NCBI GenBank assembly: GCA_040285745.1
Contig: JAUFOR010000004.1
Span: forward strand, 310,001-374,000
Direction: 5' to 3'
Length of the DNA stretch: 64,000 bases
Source of the DNA: Barthelona sp. PCE
Taxonomy: Eukaryota
The translations under genes and the position numbers were made by a program. The notes beneath the pieces are model-generated. The model was given only the letters and a program-made list of their open reading frames with translations. It searched no databases and had not been told where the DNA came from. Shown here in pieces: positions 29,471-38,972 of this stretch. Positions within the stretch are counted from its first letter, which is position 1. Every line of letters begins with the position of its first letter.

Positions 29471-31870
29471 ATGCCACTAGATATTCAAAGCACACGAACA
29501 TTTAAGTTCGTAAGAAAGCGTCGTATGGTCGATACGGGATGGGTTGCACTTCTTGCTAGCAAACGTTCAATGATTGATTTTCTTTACATGTGGGTTCCAA
29601 TAACGATAATGATTGTTGTTGGTCTATGGAGTCATTTTAACTTCAGATACGGCTCTTTCCAGAGAACATGTGTTCCCATAGAAAGCACTCTGTCTCTAGA
29701 TACCCAGTTCGATCGCGCAGGTTGGAGTTGTGCTTCAATCATGCCGCGTTTCTGTATTCCAACCCTCAACGATACGTTCCACATGACGCATTCATTCTGG
29801 GGCGTTGATTATGAACGAGCACATGATATATGCGTCAATAGCAAGAATAATAATGTTACATTTTATAGCTACTCGGTCGACCCGCATCTCTATCACCCAT
29901 ACAGTCGAGCAGAGTTAGACAGCTATGACTACACCCTGTTTGGGTTTGCTGGGCTTGTTATCCTACCAGCCATTATCCTTTGGGTAGTGTTGCTTATCTC
30001 CCGAATGATGAAACCTAAATTGACAAGGTTCAAGAGATTGAGGAAGTTGATTATGCTCGATGGGGAATCAGAAGACGACACTGCGACCATTGAAACGATG
30101 GAGTCCACAGACTTTACTGAAACAGACAGTGAATATGGGGAATATGGAGAAGAAGAATATAGACGAGAGAAAAAGAAAGAGAAAAAGAAGCATGAGGTTA
30201 TTCTTTCGCTGGATAAGGGTGTCATTTTAAATGATGCGTTGTCTTATCCTCTGAAAAAAATTGACGCATCAAATTTTGATATTGAAACTTTCGCCAAACA
30301 CATCGTTACACCCAGTGATGTTTCTATTCGTGAAAAGATGTTCGGTGGGATATTCAACAGGGTGTTCCCCAACGTAAAGCAGAAGTTTATCAGAGATGTT
30401 ACAACTATGGATGCCAAACTCCCGTATTCGCTTCCGAGAGTTGTTCTCAACCTCGTGGCCTACGGTGCATATGCCGCCATTGGAGCGTCTTTGGTCTCAC
30501 TGGGCTTTGGTATATCGAGGAATGGACGTTTATGGAGAGCTCACATCAGTCATTGGGCATCAAACATATCGACTTTTGTCTCGTCATTTGCAATGTATTA
30601 CTCATATTATATCGTCATCGTTGAGGTGCTGCAGCAGGTGTTCAAGGTTGATTTCAGAGCTGTTGCTGTCACCGCTTCCATCAAGATACTGCTCCCTGTT
30701 TTCATTTACAATTTATTCGTTTATATGTTCCAATTGTTCACGGAGAAGACGTTCATCTGGGAATTCATGGATAAATACTACATTCATATGGTCTTTGAGA
30801 TGTTGCACATCATCCTGCTTCCAGTTGTTTGTTCCATTCTCACCCGCTCATTCAGGTTTCATATTAACAAGTACGGTGATCTAATGAAGCTGCACACCAA
30901 AACTAGTGAGGATACAGATTCTCAGAAAATTAAGGAACCAGTTGTAAGACAAGAGACCAAAAAAGGTCAACGATTCAAACCAAAACACGAGCGTGATCTT
31001 GGTGCTTTCAGGCCCCGCAAGGCCGTGTACCTGGCCATCATGCAGGGCATTGTCGTCATCATTTTCTGGGTTATGATTGTTTTTTCGAGCACATGCTATG
31101 ATTGTGGGTTGCGCAAATCACTCTCACTAAAAGTGGATGAGTGTTGTGCAACAGGCGGTGCCTTCCTCCTTAAGGGATTTCCTGGTAATATGGATGGACC
31201 GTGTGTCAGCTGTAACCGTTCCGTTATGCTTTTGATTGTTTCAGTCGTTATTCCATTCTTTGTCACAACCTTATCATTCGCAGCATATGATATCTCCATT
31301 GGTATCTCTGAAAACGTTATGACGGTATCAACTGCTATCGCTATGCCTTTGTTCGGGTCCATGTTACTACACGGAGAAGTCTTATTATTAAACAGCACAT
31401 CCCTCTTTTTAAGTTCTTTATTTTTAATAGTAGAACAGTTGTTTTCGTTAGCATTTAAAATCTCATACCCTGTGTATGCTATCAAATGGCGTAAACGAAC
31501 TTTTTATCCAGAAACTTACATGACAATGAATTTCTTGTTGAGTGCGATGCATTATATGGTTCTATTCTCGTTACCCGCGCTGTATTTTTCAATTTCGTTC
31601 CAATCTAATGTGGTGTTGGTTGATGGAAGCTTTTTCAAAATTTTATTTGTTAGATTGCTTATTATCTTTGTTTCTGACGTGCTTTTTTACCTGTATGCCA
31701 GGTCCAAGATTTCAAATAATGTTTCTAAACTGCTTGTGGGTCTTCGTAAATTCTTGTTGAAGATTTTGGTTACTTGCGGTATTGGTACAATTCTGAGCGT
31801 TACAAAGTTAATGATTTTCCTCATCCAACAGCGACCTACTCTTGATGTTTCTTATGATGTTCCTTTTTAG
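29471..31870 (+). CDS. Multi-pass membrane protein of unknown function (799 aa)
   Basis: About 12-14 hydrophobic segments, two Cys-rich loops and an acidic/basic cytosolic loop. Confidence 0.7.
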   Translation: MPLDIQSTRTFKFVRKRRMVDTGWVALLASKRSMIDFLYMWVPITIMIVVGLWSHFNFRYGSFQRTCVPIESTLSLDTQFDRAGWSCASIMPRFCIPTLNDTFHMTHSFWGVDYERAHDICVNSKNNNVTFYSYSVDPHLYHPYSRAELDSYDYTLFGFAGLVILPAIILWVVLLISRMMKPKLTRFKRLRKLIMLDGESEDDTATIETMESTDFTETDSEYGEYGEEEYRREKKKEKKKHEVILSLDKGVILNDALSYPLKKIDASNFDIETFAKHIVTPSDVSIREKMFGGIFNRVFPNVKQKFIRDVTTMDAKLPYSLPRVVLNLVAYGAYAAIGASLVSLGFGISRNGRLWRAHISHWASNISTFVSSFAMYYSYYIVIVEVLQQVFKVDFRAVAVTASIKILLPVFIYNLFVYMFQLFTEKTFIWEFMDKYYIHMVFEMLHIILLPVVCSILTRSFRFHINKYGDLMKLHTKTSEDTDSQKIKEPVVRQETKKGQRFKPKHERDLGAFRPRKAVYLAIMQGIVVIIFWVMIVFSSTCYDCGLRKSLSLKVDECCATGGAFLLKGFPGNMDGPCVSCNRSVMLLIVSVVIPFFVTTLSFAAYDISIGISENVMTVSTAIAMPLFGSMLLHGEVLLLNSTSLFLSSLFLIVEQLFSLAFKISYPVYAIKWRKRTFYPETYMTMNFLLSAMHYMVLFSLPALYFSISFQSNVVLVDGSFFKILFVRLLIIFVSDVLFYLYARSKISNNVSKLLVGLRKFLLKILVTCGIGTILSVTKLMIFLIQQRPTLDVSYDVPF

Positions 31871-32201
31871 GATTTGGATGTATAATAAAAAGATTCTTTT
31901 ACATATCAATGATTTTTGTATAAAGAAAAGGCTCAAGAATTGCACATTATATGTGATTATTGCGAGCCACATGCATCAGATATGCGGTTTTTAAAGGTGA
32001 TGTGAATGTGAAAAGAGTAGTAATCGCAATTTCAATTTCTACCTCTTCTAATTCAGCAATGAATAACTCATCAATACAGCAAGGAGGCGGTACTTGCTTC
32101 ATACCATAAGCCCTGGACATTCACGTCGAAAATAGAAAGATACAAAAAGACCTGCCTTCAATCTGTTTTCCTTTTTATTACCTTTAACAGATCTTCTAAT
32201 T

Positions 32202-34358
32202 ATGCAAACGCTGGATTCGTTGTATGTCATTGAGTTTGGTGAACAAAAAAGAATTGTACTAGCTGGAATTTCCCAGATAAACAAAATTACATACATTCAT
32301 GTTGAGTTCTATAATATCAGTGATGTTGAAGAGTATCTAGAGCTGCTTTCTCATGGAATAAGTGTTTCAGAAATCTATTTACTAAAGAAATCAAGTATTA
32401 AAACCGAAGTCATAGCTACACTCTTTCCAGATGCTAACACAAACACACTAGATACAAAGAAATTTAATCGTAAGAATGGGATGCAAGTTATGCAGCACCT
32501 TAGATGGAAAACAACAAAAATATCCTTGAAAACAGTCAGTGATCATCTTTATGGCTCAAATGACATACGTTCGCTTGCCCTAAGCCTTGTCCTGCAACAT
32601 GCTGTTGCTAATCAAGCGCTTTTGGCGCAGGGAAGTACACAACTCATCTCAGGTGTTATTCCCCGGAAATATTCCTTAGTTCCCAACGCAGTATCTAACC
32701 AAATGCTCGACGATGCCTTTGCCCTCCGTCTATTCAAACCTATCACTGCTTTAGGAAGGAAGAAACTGGCGGAATGGATCTCAACACCTCTCTGTCACAT
32801 TCCAGATATCATAGTACGCCAAAATCTCTGCAAGTCATTCCACACGGCTCATGTACGAGGCAATTCGGATCAGATCAAGAGAACGCTGAAGAGAATCAAG
32901 CCAAGCATGACGCGAATCCAAAGCGATAACAGTATCAAGGTCTTTAAAGATATCATAAGCACATGTGAGGCGCTGCTGGCGCTTTCTAACATGACTGGAT
33001 GCCAGGAGCTAGGTAACTCGGTGTTTAGTCAAATGCTAACACAGCTTAGTTCCATCATTGACATCACCGAAAACACAATAAGGTCTGGAATTAACACCGA
33101 GTTGGATCTGCTGCGTGAATCTCACTCTAATTTACCTCCGTTTCTCACCAGACTAACGCAACTGGAGCTCATATGGCTACCCAGAGATGTGGGTATGGTA
33201 TCATACAACTACTTTCCACGAGTCGGATACGTGCTCAACACACCAAATGTGCCGTCACTGCTCACCAACATTCAAGATAAATACATTGAAACGCATTTCT
33301 CTATTCCAGGATTTCAACCAATCATGCTGGCAGATGTTGTAAGCTTGGTCGTTGAAACCGAAAAAGCGTACGTCTGGAAGACCCCAATTGCAAGACACGT
33401 TGACAGCGTGATAGGCGATGTGTACAGTGATATTCTAACGCTTGAAAGTGAAATTTTGAACCAGTTGCAGAGGGAAACGCAACAATATATTTCTCATTTC
33501 GAAGAAGCCTTTGACCTCGTCGCCACCATTGATCTTTCATTATCAGTGGACTCTTGGGTGTATCCATCTTTCAATAGCGAAAGAGTAATTCATGTAGAAG
33601 GTATGGTCAATCCTCGGTACTACGATCGCGTCACCTGTGTTCCTCAGGACTTCCACGGATGCATTACCTCTGTTCTGTTGACTGCTGCAAACAATGCAGG
33701 CAAGTCATTCTTTTTAAACTCTCTTCTGGATACCGTTTTTCTCGCTCATTGTGGACTCCCTGTCACCGCTGAACATGTCGATCTGCCCCCCTTTGATGCT
33801 ATTGCTGCACATTCGGGGCTAAACGGTCCAGCTGAAATACTCAGCTCCTTTGAGCGAGATTGTCTCATCGTCAACTGTTACGACAGTGTCTTATCATCTG
33901 ACAGTTTCCTTGTGCTTGATGAGTTTGGGAAGGGCACGACAATGGTGGATGCTCTTGCTGTTATGGCAACAATGATGAACAAATTCTCTGAAAAGAGGCT
34001 GACTCTTATCGCAAGTTCTCACATGCAAGAATTATCTGCATGGGATCTTCTCTCCCCGAAGGTGGTCAACTACCGCATTACTGATAGCGATGATGGTGAA
34101 AAATACCGGTTGGAACAAGGGGTTGCAGATAGCAAAGCCATTAGACTTGCAAGACAACTTCAGCTTAATATAGACATAATCACACGCGTTGAGGAGGTGT
34201 ATGATCTATTAAAACGTGGTAAAGCCCATCAAATCTACCCTAAATTTCTAAAACCCAGTGTAATAGAAAAAATTGAGCGCGTAAAACAAGCGCTGTACAA
34301 CTTTAGCCCTGTCAGGAAGGATGCCCTTGGTTCTGTGTTCAAACCTGTTCTCGAGTAA
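32202..34358 (+). CDS. MSH5: MutS homolog, MSH5-like (meiotic MutS-gamma)
   Basis: Walker A AANNAGKS, SSFERD, Walker B LVLDEFGKGT (MSH5-type), and ELDLLRESHSNLPPFLTRLTQLEL...YFPRVGY. No obvious mismatch-binding FYE domain. Confidence 0.8.
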   Translation: MQTLDSLYVIEFGEQKRIVLAGISQINKITYIHVEFYNISDVEEYLELLSHGISVSEIYLLKKSSIKTEVIATLFPDANTNTLDTKKFNRKNGMQVMQHLRWKTTKISLKTVSDHLYGSNDIRSLALSLVLQHAVANQALLAQGSTQLISGVIPRKYSLVPNAVSNQMLDDAFALRLFKPITALGRKKLAEWISTPLCHIPDIIVRQNLCKSFHTAHVRGNSDQIKRTLKRIKPSMTRIQSDNSIKVFKDIISTCEALLALSNMTGCQELGNSVFSQMLTQLSSIIDITENTIRSGINTELDLLRESHSNLPPFLTRLTQLELIWLPRDVGMVSYNYFPRVGYVLNTPNVPSLLTNIQDKYIETHFSIPGFQPIMLADVVSLVVETEKAYVWKTPIARHVDSVIGDVYSDILTLESEILNQLQRETQQYISHFEEAFDLVATIDLSLSVDSWVYPSFNSERVIHVEGMVNPRYYDRVTCVPQDFHGCITSVLLTAANNAGKSFFLNSLLDTVFLAHCGLPVTAEHVDLPPFDAIAAHSGLNGPAEILSSFERDCLIVNCYDSVLSSDSFLVLDEFGKGTTMVDALAVMATMMNKFSEKRLTLIASSHMQELSAWDLLSPKVVNYRITDSDDGEKYRLEQGVADSKAIRLARQLQLNIDIITRVEEVYDLLKRGKAHQIYPKFLKPSVIEKIERVKQALYNFSPVRKDALGSVFKPVLE

Positions 34359-34402
34359 AAAGGAATATAATGGAATGTAATGTTATCGCAATTTACACTT
34401 CA

Positions 34403-37400
34403 ATGTCAGAAGAGTCGCATGAAGAGACTCGCGTAGCGGAAGAGCCACAGAATGCGCTGCTGGATCTCGATGCTATTATGTCAGAAGCCGTTCAGAAGTT
34501 CGAGAACCTATCTAAGTCTGTCGATCCAATATTTATTGAAGACGACAATAATGAACCGACATATCTTCGGGAAACATTGCAGTCAAGGCAGAAATCAAGA
34601 GAAAGTAATCGTTCTGCACGAAGCATAAATTCTGTTCCCGCCAAGAAACCTGTACATTTAACAAAAAAGGGCAAGAAAGTGGAGAAGAAGGTGCGTCCGA
34701 CAATGTCCGAAATAGAAGAAGGCCAAAAGGTGCTAAATCGTATGAAAACACGTTGGGAAGTTTTGCGTCCAATTGAACCACCAAAATTTGATATTGTACC
34801 ATCGCGCATCGATTTCAAGGACTACCTTGTCAACAGCAACTATATATACCCAGTCACAATCACAAACACAAGTGGGCAAATGCATAGTTTGAGGATTATT
34901 CCACCAGGAAGTCCATTTTTTGGAATTCAAAACATCAAATACGCCTCAAACACAGACGGAAGGCTCGCACCTGGTATGTCTATGGAGTTTGAAGTTGTCT
35001 TGTACCGAAAGGACCGTGCTCAGGATAATGATTGGGATGTCAGCGATGTTGTAGAGATCAAGACGCTTTCAGACACTATCACAATACCCCTACGCGCGTA
35101 TCGGCCCCCGACAACGTGCTCTGTTTTGCTGCCAAAGAATCATGTGCTGAATGCTGCTGTCCACAACACATTAACAGCCAAACTCTGTTTCGAGACAGCA
35201 AGTCTTTTGGAGCAAACAATATTATTAGATGTGAGCAGTGACCACGCAACGGTTGAGTTTTCTCCCCAGGAGTTTGTTATTGATGAATCACAAGAAATTG
35301 ACGTGGAGCTAAAAATCCACTTCCACAAGATCGGAGAACATACGTTAAATTTCGCATTCCTCAACGTGGATGCCATATTCGAAACAATACAGTCATTTAA
35401 AGTACAAGCATTAATGCATCATCTTCAGTTCGAGAACAAGAAGTTGGATCTGTCTCTGTCAAAGAATATTATTGCTGGAGAGTCTTTCGACATTGATGTC
35501 CCCATCGTCGCGGGTACGGATCTGCCCCTTGTACTAAAACCAGAGATGATTATAAGAGAGTCATCCGGCTTTGCCTTCAAACCTCTGAAAGAAATTGTGT
35601 TCAATAGATCTGGAACCAAGCAGTTCTCCATAGGCGGCACGATATCTGCGCTGAGAAGCTTCGATCTTGATGTTTGTTTTCACATGACCAGCTCGGTTGG
35701 ATCGTTTTCATTGTCAAAACTCCTTGTTTTGCATATTTCATTCAATGTGACAATCCCAAAGGTTTCCTTGGTCACAAACACGCTGTATTTCAACGATATT
35801 TACACTGGAAGCATGGCACAAAAGAACATTTCCATCAGAAATGATAGCACAGTCAGCCTTACAATGAAGTGTGAGTTACAGGGCCTTTCAACCGACACAA
35901 TAGTGGGCTCTATTCGCTCCAGTGTGAAGCTGGGGCCAAGCAGGACGATACGCATTCCCGTTGAGGTCGTGCCAATGATTTGCGGGCACTCATTCGTTAA
36001 CGTCCATCTTACCACTTCAACCAACCAGGAGTTCGATGTACCAGTCATCGTATGTGCCATGGCACCGACTCTGGTCACCTCTCCAGGTGTCATTGACTTT
36101 GGGATCATCCCCGCCACTTTTTCGGAATCAGCATACGAAGCGTCGATTGATCTGGCAGCAACAACTAGCCTGGCAATTGACGACGTCGCACTGGATCCTG
36201 CTGCAAGGCTTTCTGACAGGATTTCCTTTGAATTGCACGATCACCCTGACGTAACCAGGTTAGTTACACGTCTCACCGTCGGCAGCCAGCCTGAGCACAT
36301 CGACACTTATGTGGAGGTTCCTCTCGGCGCAGGCATGGTTCCCATACGTCTTGTAGGCAGTGTTGTTCGCCCGATCGTCACGATGGATCCAATTATGAAT
36401 TCATTTGAGTTGTATGAGGGAGCCAGCGAGATGGTGAATGTGATTGTTAGCATCGAGACACCAGTTGACGTCGAATTAGAGTGGCAAATGGCTGAAATCA
36501 CAGAGGATAACTTTGACGTTGAGATTATACCCGATAAATTCATCCTTGGGCCCGACAAACTCTCCCAAAATGTATCCTTCGTCGTTAGGGGTGCTGACTC
36601 CTTCTCACACAATAACGTGCAGCAACTGCAGGCGTCCCTGTACTCACACACGTACCCGCTATTGAAGGAATGTGGAGTTTCGCTCAACGTGCACCTTGCA
36701 CCCCCTCTGGTTGCGATCCGTGAGGGTAAGCCAGAACGTGTGCCTAGCCCAGCCTCATTTGACTCTTTATCCATGTTCACGCTTGAGGGGCGCTCATCAA
36801 GCCGTCCTGTCAGTGGAGAGCCTCAGTCATTGAGGATGAAGACACGCAGTGAGCTGGGGTTAAGCATTGATACGCTCGACTTTGGCGTTGTGCGTTTATC
36901 CCAACCTGCGACTAAACATATTGCACTTCACAATTTCGGTCCTGTTGACGTCGAGTTCACCTTTGACGCCGAGTACCTGATTGCAAAGGAGGTTAAGGCA
37001 AGTAAGAGAAACCGCCGAACGATGCTCAAGTCCACACGCGTGAAGGAGGCTAAGCACAAGATGTTCAAGAAAATTGAGACACCATGGTGCGTTGAAATGA
37101 TCGATACAGTTGTTGTGCCCACATGTAAGACCATCATGGTTGAGGTTAAGTACGTTCAGTTCGTCCCTGGTGATTTCTCCGTCCCACTGCATATTTCTAA
37201 CAAAACAGGTAGCTTCAATGAGACTGTAAGTCTCAAGGCTTCTGTTGTTGAGAATGTGGTGACGCTACAGCCCAGCGCACTCGGTTTAGATGTGAAGCAC
37301 AACACATTGCTATGGAACAACGTAATGCCGAGTGTTAACACAAGCCCTGTGCGACGAACGCTGACTTTTGTGAATGCATGTAATCTGCCAGTAGCAGTCA

Positions 37401-38467
37401 AGTGGTACATTACTGAGAGTAACCAACCAATGGTAACCACTCGCCTCACCCCTAACGGGCTCTCTCTAGAGCCGTGGCACCCGTCCCATGCTGAATCCGG
37501 TAGCTCAAGTGGATTTTCGCTTGAAGCTCTTGAGCAAACATTCGTAGCGAACCAGAAAAACAAGGTTCCTGTATTATTTGACGTTACAAAAACTGATGCC
37601 AACAAGGCTGTACATGAAGCTGCGCTTATTGGTGTCACTGAGCTCGAAATAGACGGTAAAATTGTACCTCTGCGTGCAATTGAGTTAAAGTTGCGAGCTG
37701 TCGTCAAGATTCCGCGCGTCACCTTTGATGAGCGCCAAGTATTGCGCTTCACATCACTGCTGGATACTGAGTTCAAGCAAGAGGTGCGTACAATGCGCAT
37801 CGCTAACCCCTCAACGTTCCCCGTTACCTTTGATCTGGATTGTGAGGGTCCACTCAACATTCTGTCAGTAGAGAAGCCCACTGGTCTCCTAGGCCCATCA
37901 TCTATACAGCTGCAACCCCTTGAGGCGTGTATTGTCACGCTTCAACCGTGCTTGACACCACAAACGATTGGAAACTATGCTTACAAGGCTCTCCACAGAA
38001 TTGAGGCAGGATTAGTTGTTCAGTTCAACAAAACATCAGTTAAGCAACAACTACCTTGCGTGATACATGTTGTGGAACCAGAAGCCACTGTTCACAATGT
38101 TGACTTTGGAACTATGGAAGTTGGCACAATACACAAACTTCCATTAATTCCTGCTGTCCATAATGAGATAGCAGTGCATTGGCGTGTCAGCCCTGAGCCT
38201 GTTGAGTCGGATTTCATCCAATTCACGGATACAAAGGGTGTCATGAGTGGCATTGCGATAGCGGAAAAAGCAGACGTTGTAGGACTTCTCAGTATGCCAA
38301 CCAGATCGCCTAGAAGTAATTTCCATCGTTCTCTTGGTGTGACAATGATCACTTGCTCACCTGAAGAAGCAGTAGGAGATTTTTCTTATGATTTTGACTT
38401 TGTTGTTACAAATGGATTAAAGGAGCAGGTTCATAAGTTCGTTGTGAGCGGTAATGTTGTTTTGTAA
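34403..38467 (+). CDS. DLEC1: DLEC1/FAP81-like ASH (Ig-like) repeat central-apparatus protein (alternative start 34370)
   Basis: FKDY...LRIIPPGSPFF...LAPGMS...IPLRAYRPP matches the first DLEC1 ASH domain; repeated IDFG/LDFG + N-x-S/G beta domains follow. Confidence 0.72.
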   Translation: MSEESHEETRVAEEPQNALLDLDAIMSEAVQKFENLSKSVDPIFIEDDNNEPTYLRETLQSRQKSRESNRSARSINSVPAKKPVHLTKKGKKVEKKVRPTMSEIEEGQKVLNRMKTRWEVLRPIEPPKFDIVPSRIDFKDYLVNSNYIYPVTITNTSGQMHSLRIIPPGSPFFGIQNIKYASNTDGRLAPGMSMEFEVVLYRKDRAQDNDWDVSDVVEIKTLSDTITIPLRAYRPPTTCSVLLPKNHVLNAAVHNTLTAKLCFETASLLEQTILLDVSSDHATVEFSPQEFVIDESQEIDVELKIHFHKIGEHTLNFAFLNVDAIFETIQSFKVQALMHHLQFENKKLDLSLSKNIIAGESFDIDVPIVAGTDLPLVLKPEMIIRESSGFAFKPLKEIVFNRSGTKQFSIGGTISALRSFDLDVCFHMTSSVGSFSLSKLLVLHISFNVTIPKVSLVTNTLYFNDIYTGSMAQKNISIRNDSTVSLTMKCELQGLSTDTIVGSIRSSVKLGPSRTIRIPVEVVPMICGHSFVNVHLTTSTNQEFDVPVIVCAMAPTLVTSPGVIDFGIIPATFSESAYEASIDLAATTSLAIDDVALDPAARLSDRISFELHDHPDVTRLVTRLTVGSQPEHIDTYVEVPLGAGMVPIRLVGSVVRPIVTMDPIMNSFELYEGASEMVNVIVSIETPVDVELEWQMAEITEDNFDVEIIPDKFILGPDKLSQNVSFVVRGADSFSHNNVQQLQASLYSHTYPLLKECGVSLNVHLAPPLVAIREGKPERVPSPASFDSLSMFTLEGRSSSRPVSGEPQSLRMKTRSELGLSIDTLDFGVVRLSQPATKHIALHNFGPVDVEFTFDAEYLIAKEVKASKRNRRTMLKSTRVKEAKHKMFKKIETPWCVEMIDTVVVPTCKTIMVEVKYVQFVPGDFSVPLHISNKTGSFNETVSLKASVVENVVTLQPSALGLDVKHNTLLWNNVMPSVNTSPVRRTLTFVNACNLPVAVKWYITESNQPMVTTRLTPNGLSLEPWHPSHAESGSSSGFSLEALEQTFVANQKNKVPVLFDVTKTDANKAVHEAALIGVTELEIDGKIVPLRAIELKLRAVVKIPRVTFDERQVLRFTSLLDTEFKQEVRTMRIANPSTFPVTFDLDCEGPLNILSVEKPTGLLGPSSIQLQPLEACIVTLQPCLTPQTIGNYAYKALHRIEAGLVVQFNKTSVKQQLPCVIHVVEPEATVHNVDFGTMEVGTIHKLPLIPAVHNEIAVHWRVSPEPVESDFIQFTDTKGVMSGIAIAEKADVVGLLSMPTRSPRSNFHRSLGVTMITCSPEEAVGDFSYDFDFVVTNGLKEQVHKFVVSGNVVL

Positions 38468-38649
38468 ATGAATCAAGTGTTTCACAAAACGAAATTTTGA
38501 AGGTACTATTATTATGAGTAAGCTGTTCACTAATTAATTTACTTTGAAATGATTTTAAAATACAAAGAGCACCCGCGGCATAACAATAAAATTATGATTA
38601 AACTTAGTTCGGACTTGAAAAATGTTACCTAAAAATTAGACATTCAAAA

Positions 38650-38715
38650 AAATCAGACTTAGCACGTGGCTTTTCATCAGCATTTCAGACGAAAGACGGT
38701 TTGTGTCATCATAAA
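38650..38715 (-). ncRNA. Box C/D snoRNA, snR39/snR59 (SNORD32/51)-like, predicted guide for LSU Am807 (yeast numbering)
   Basis: Box C ATGATGA (38706-38712), D' CTGA (38685-38688), C' CTGATGA (38674-38680) and D CTGA (38653-38656). The D' guide ACCGTCTTTCG pairs with conserved LSU CGAAAGAUGGU (11 bp, one G-U), and the D'+5 rule hits the Am807-equivalent A. Confidence 0.85.
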
Positions 38716-38972
38716 GTTATCATACATCAAATATTCTGGAAACTAAATGCACATCTATTCTTACATCCAAAACGTGATGTAAGAATGGCTAGACCCATAT
38801 TTGTCACCATTTCAACTGCAATTTAATAATTACAAGTTGAATGGGGTAAATAAAAGGAATGCAAATTTCAGAGTGTCTAAAACATTCGATACCCAATCGA
38901 GCATTCTACATTCTTAGTGCATATCATATAACAGTGATGATGCACTTCAACAGTATTGATAAAAATGAGTTA

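Noticed and set aside
31930-31975. GGCTC...GAGCC hairpin followed by ACA
   Set aside because: There is no separate H box and no recognisable target, so it may be chance.
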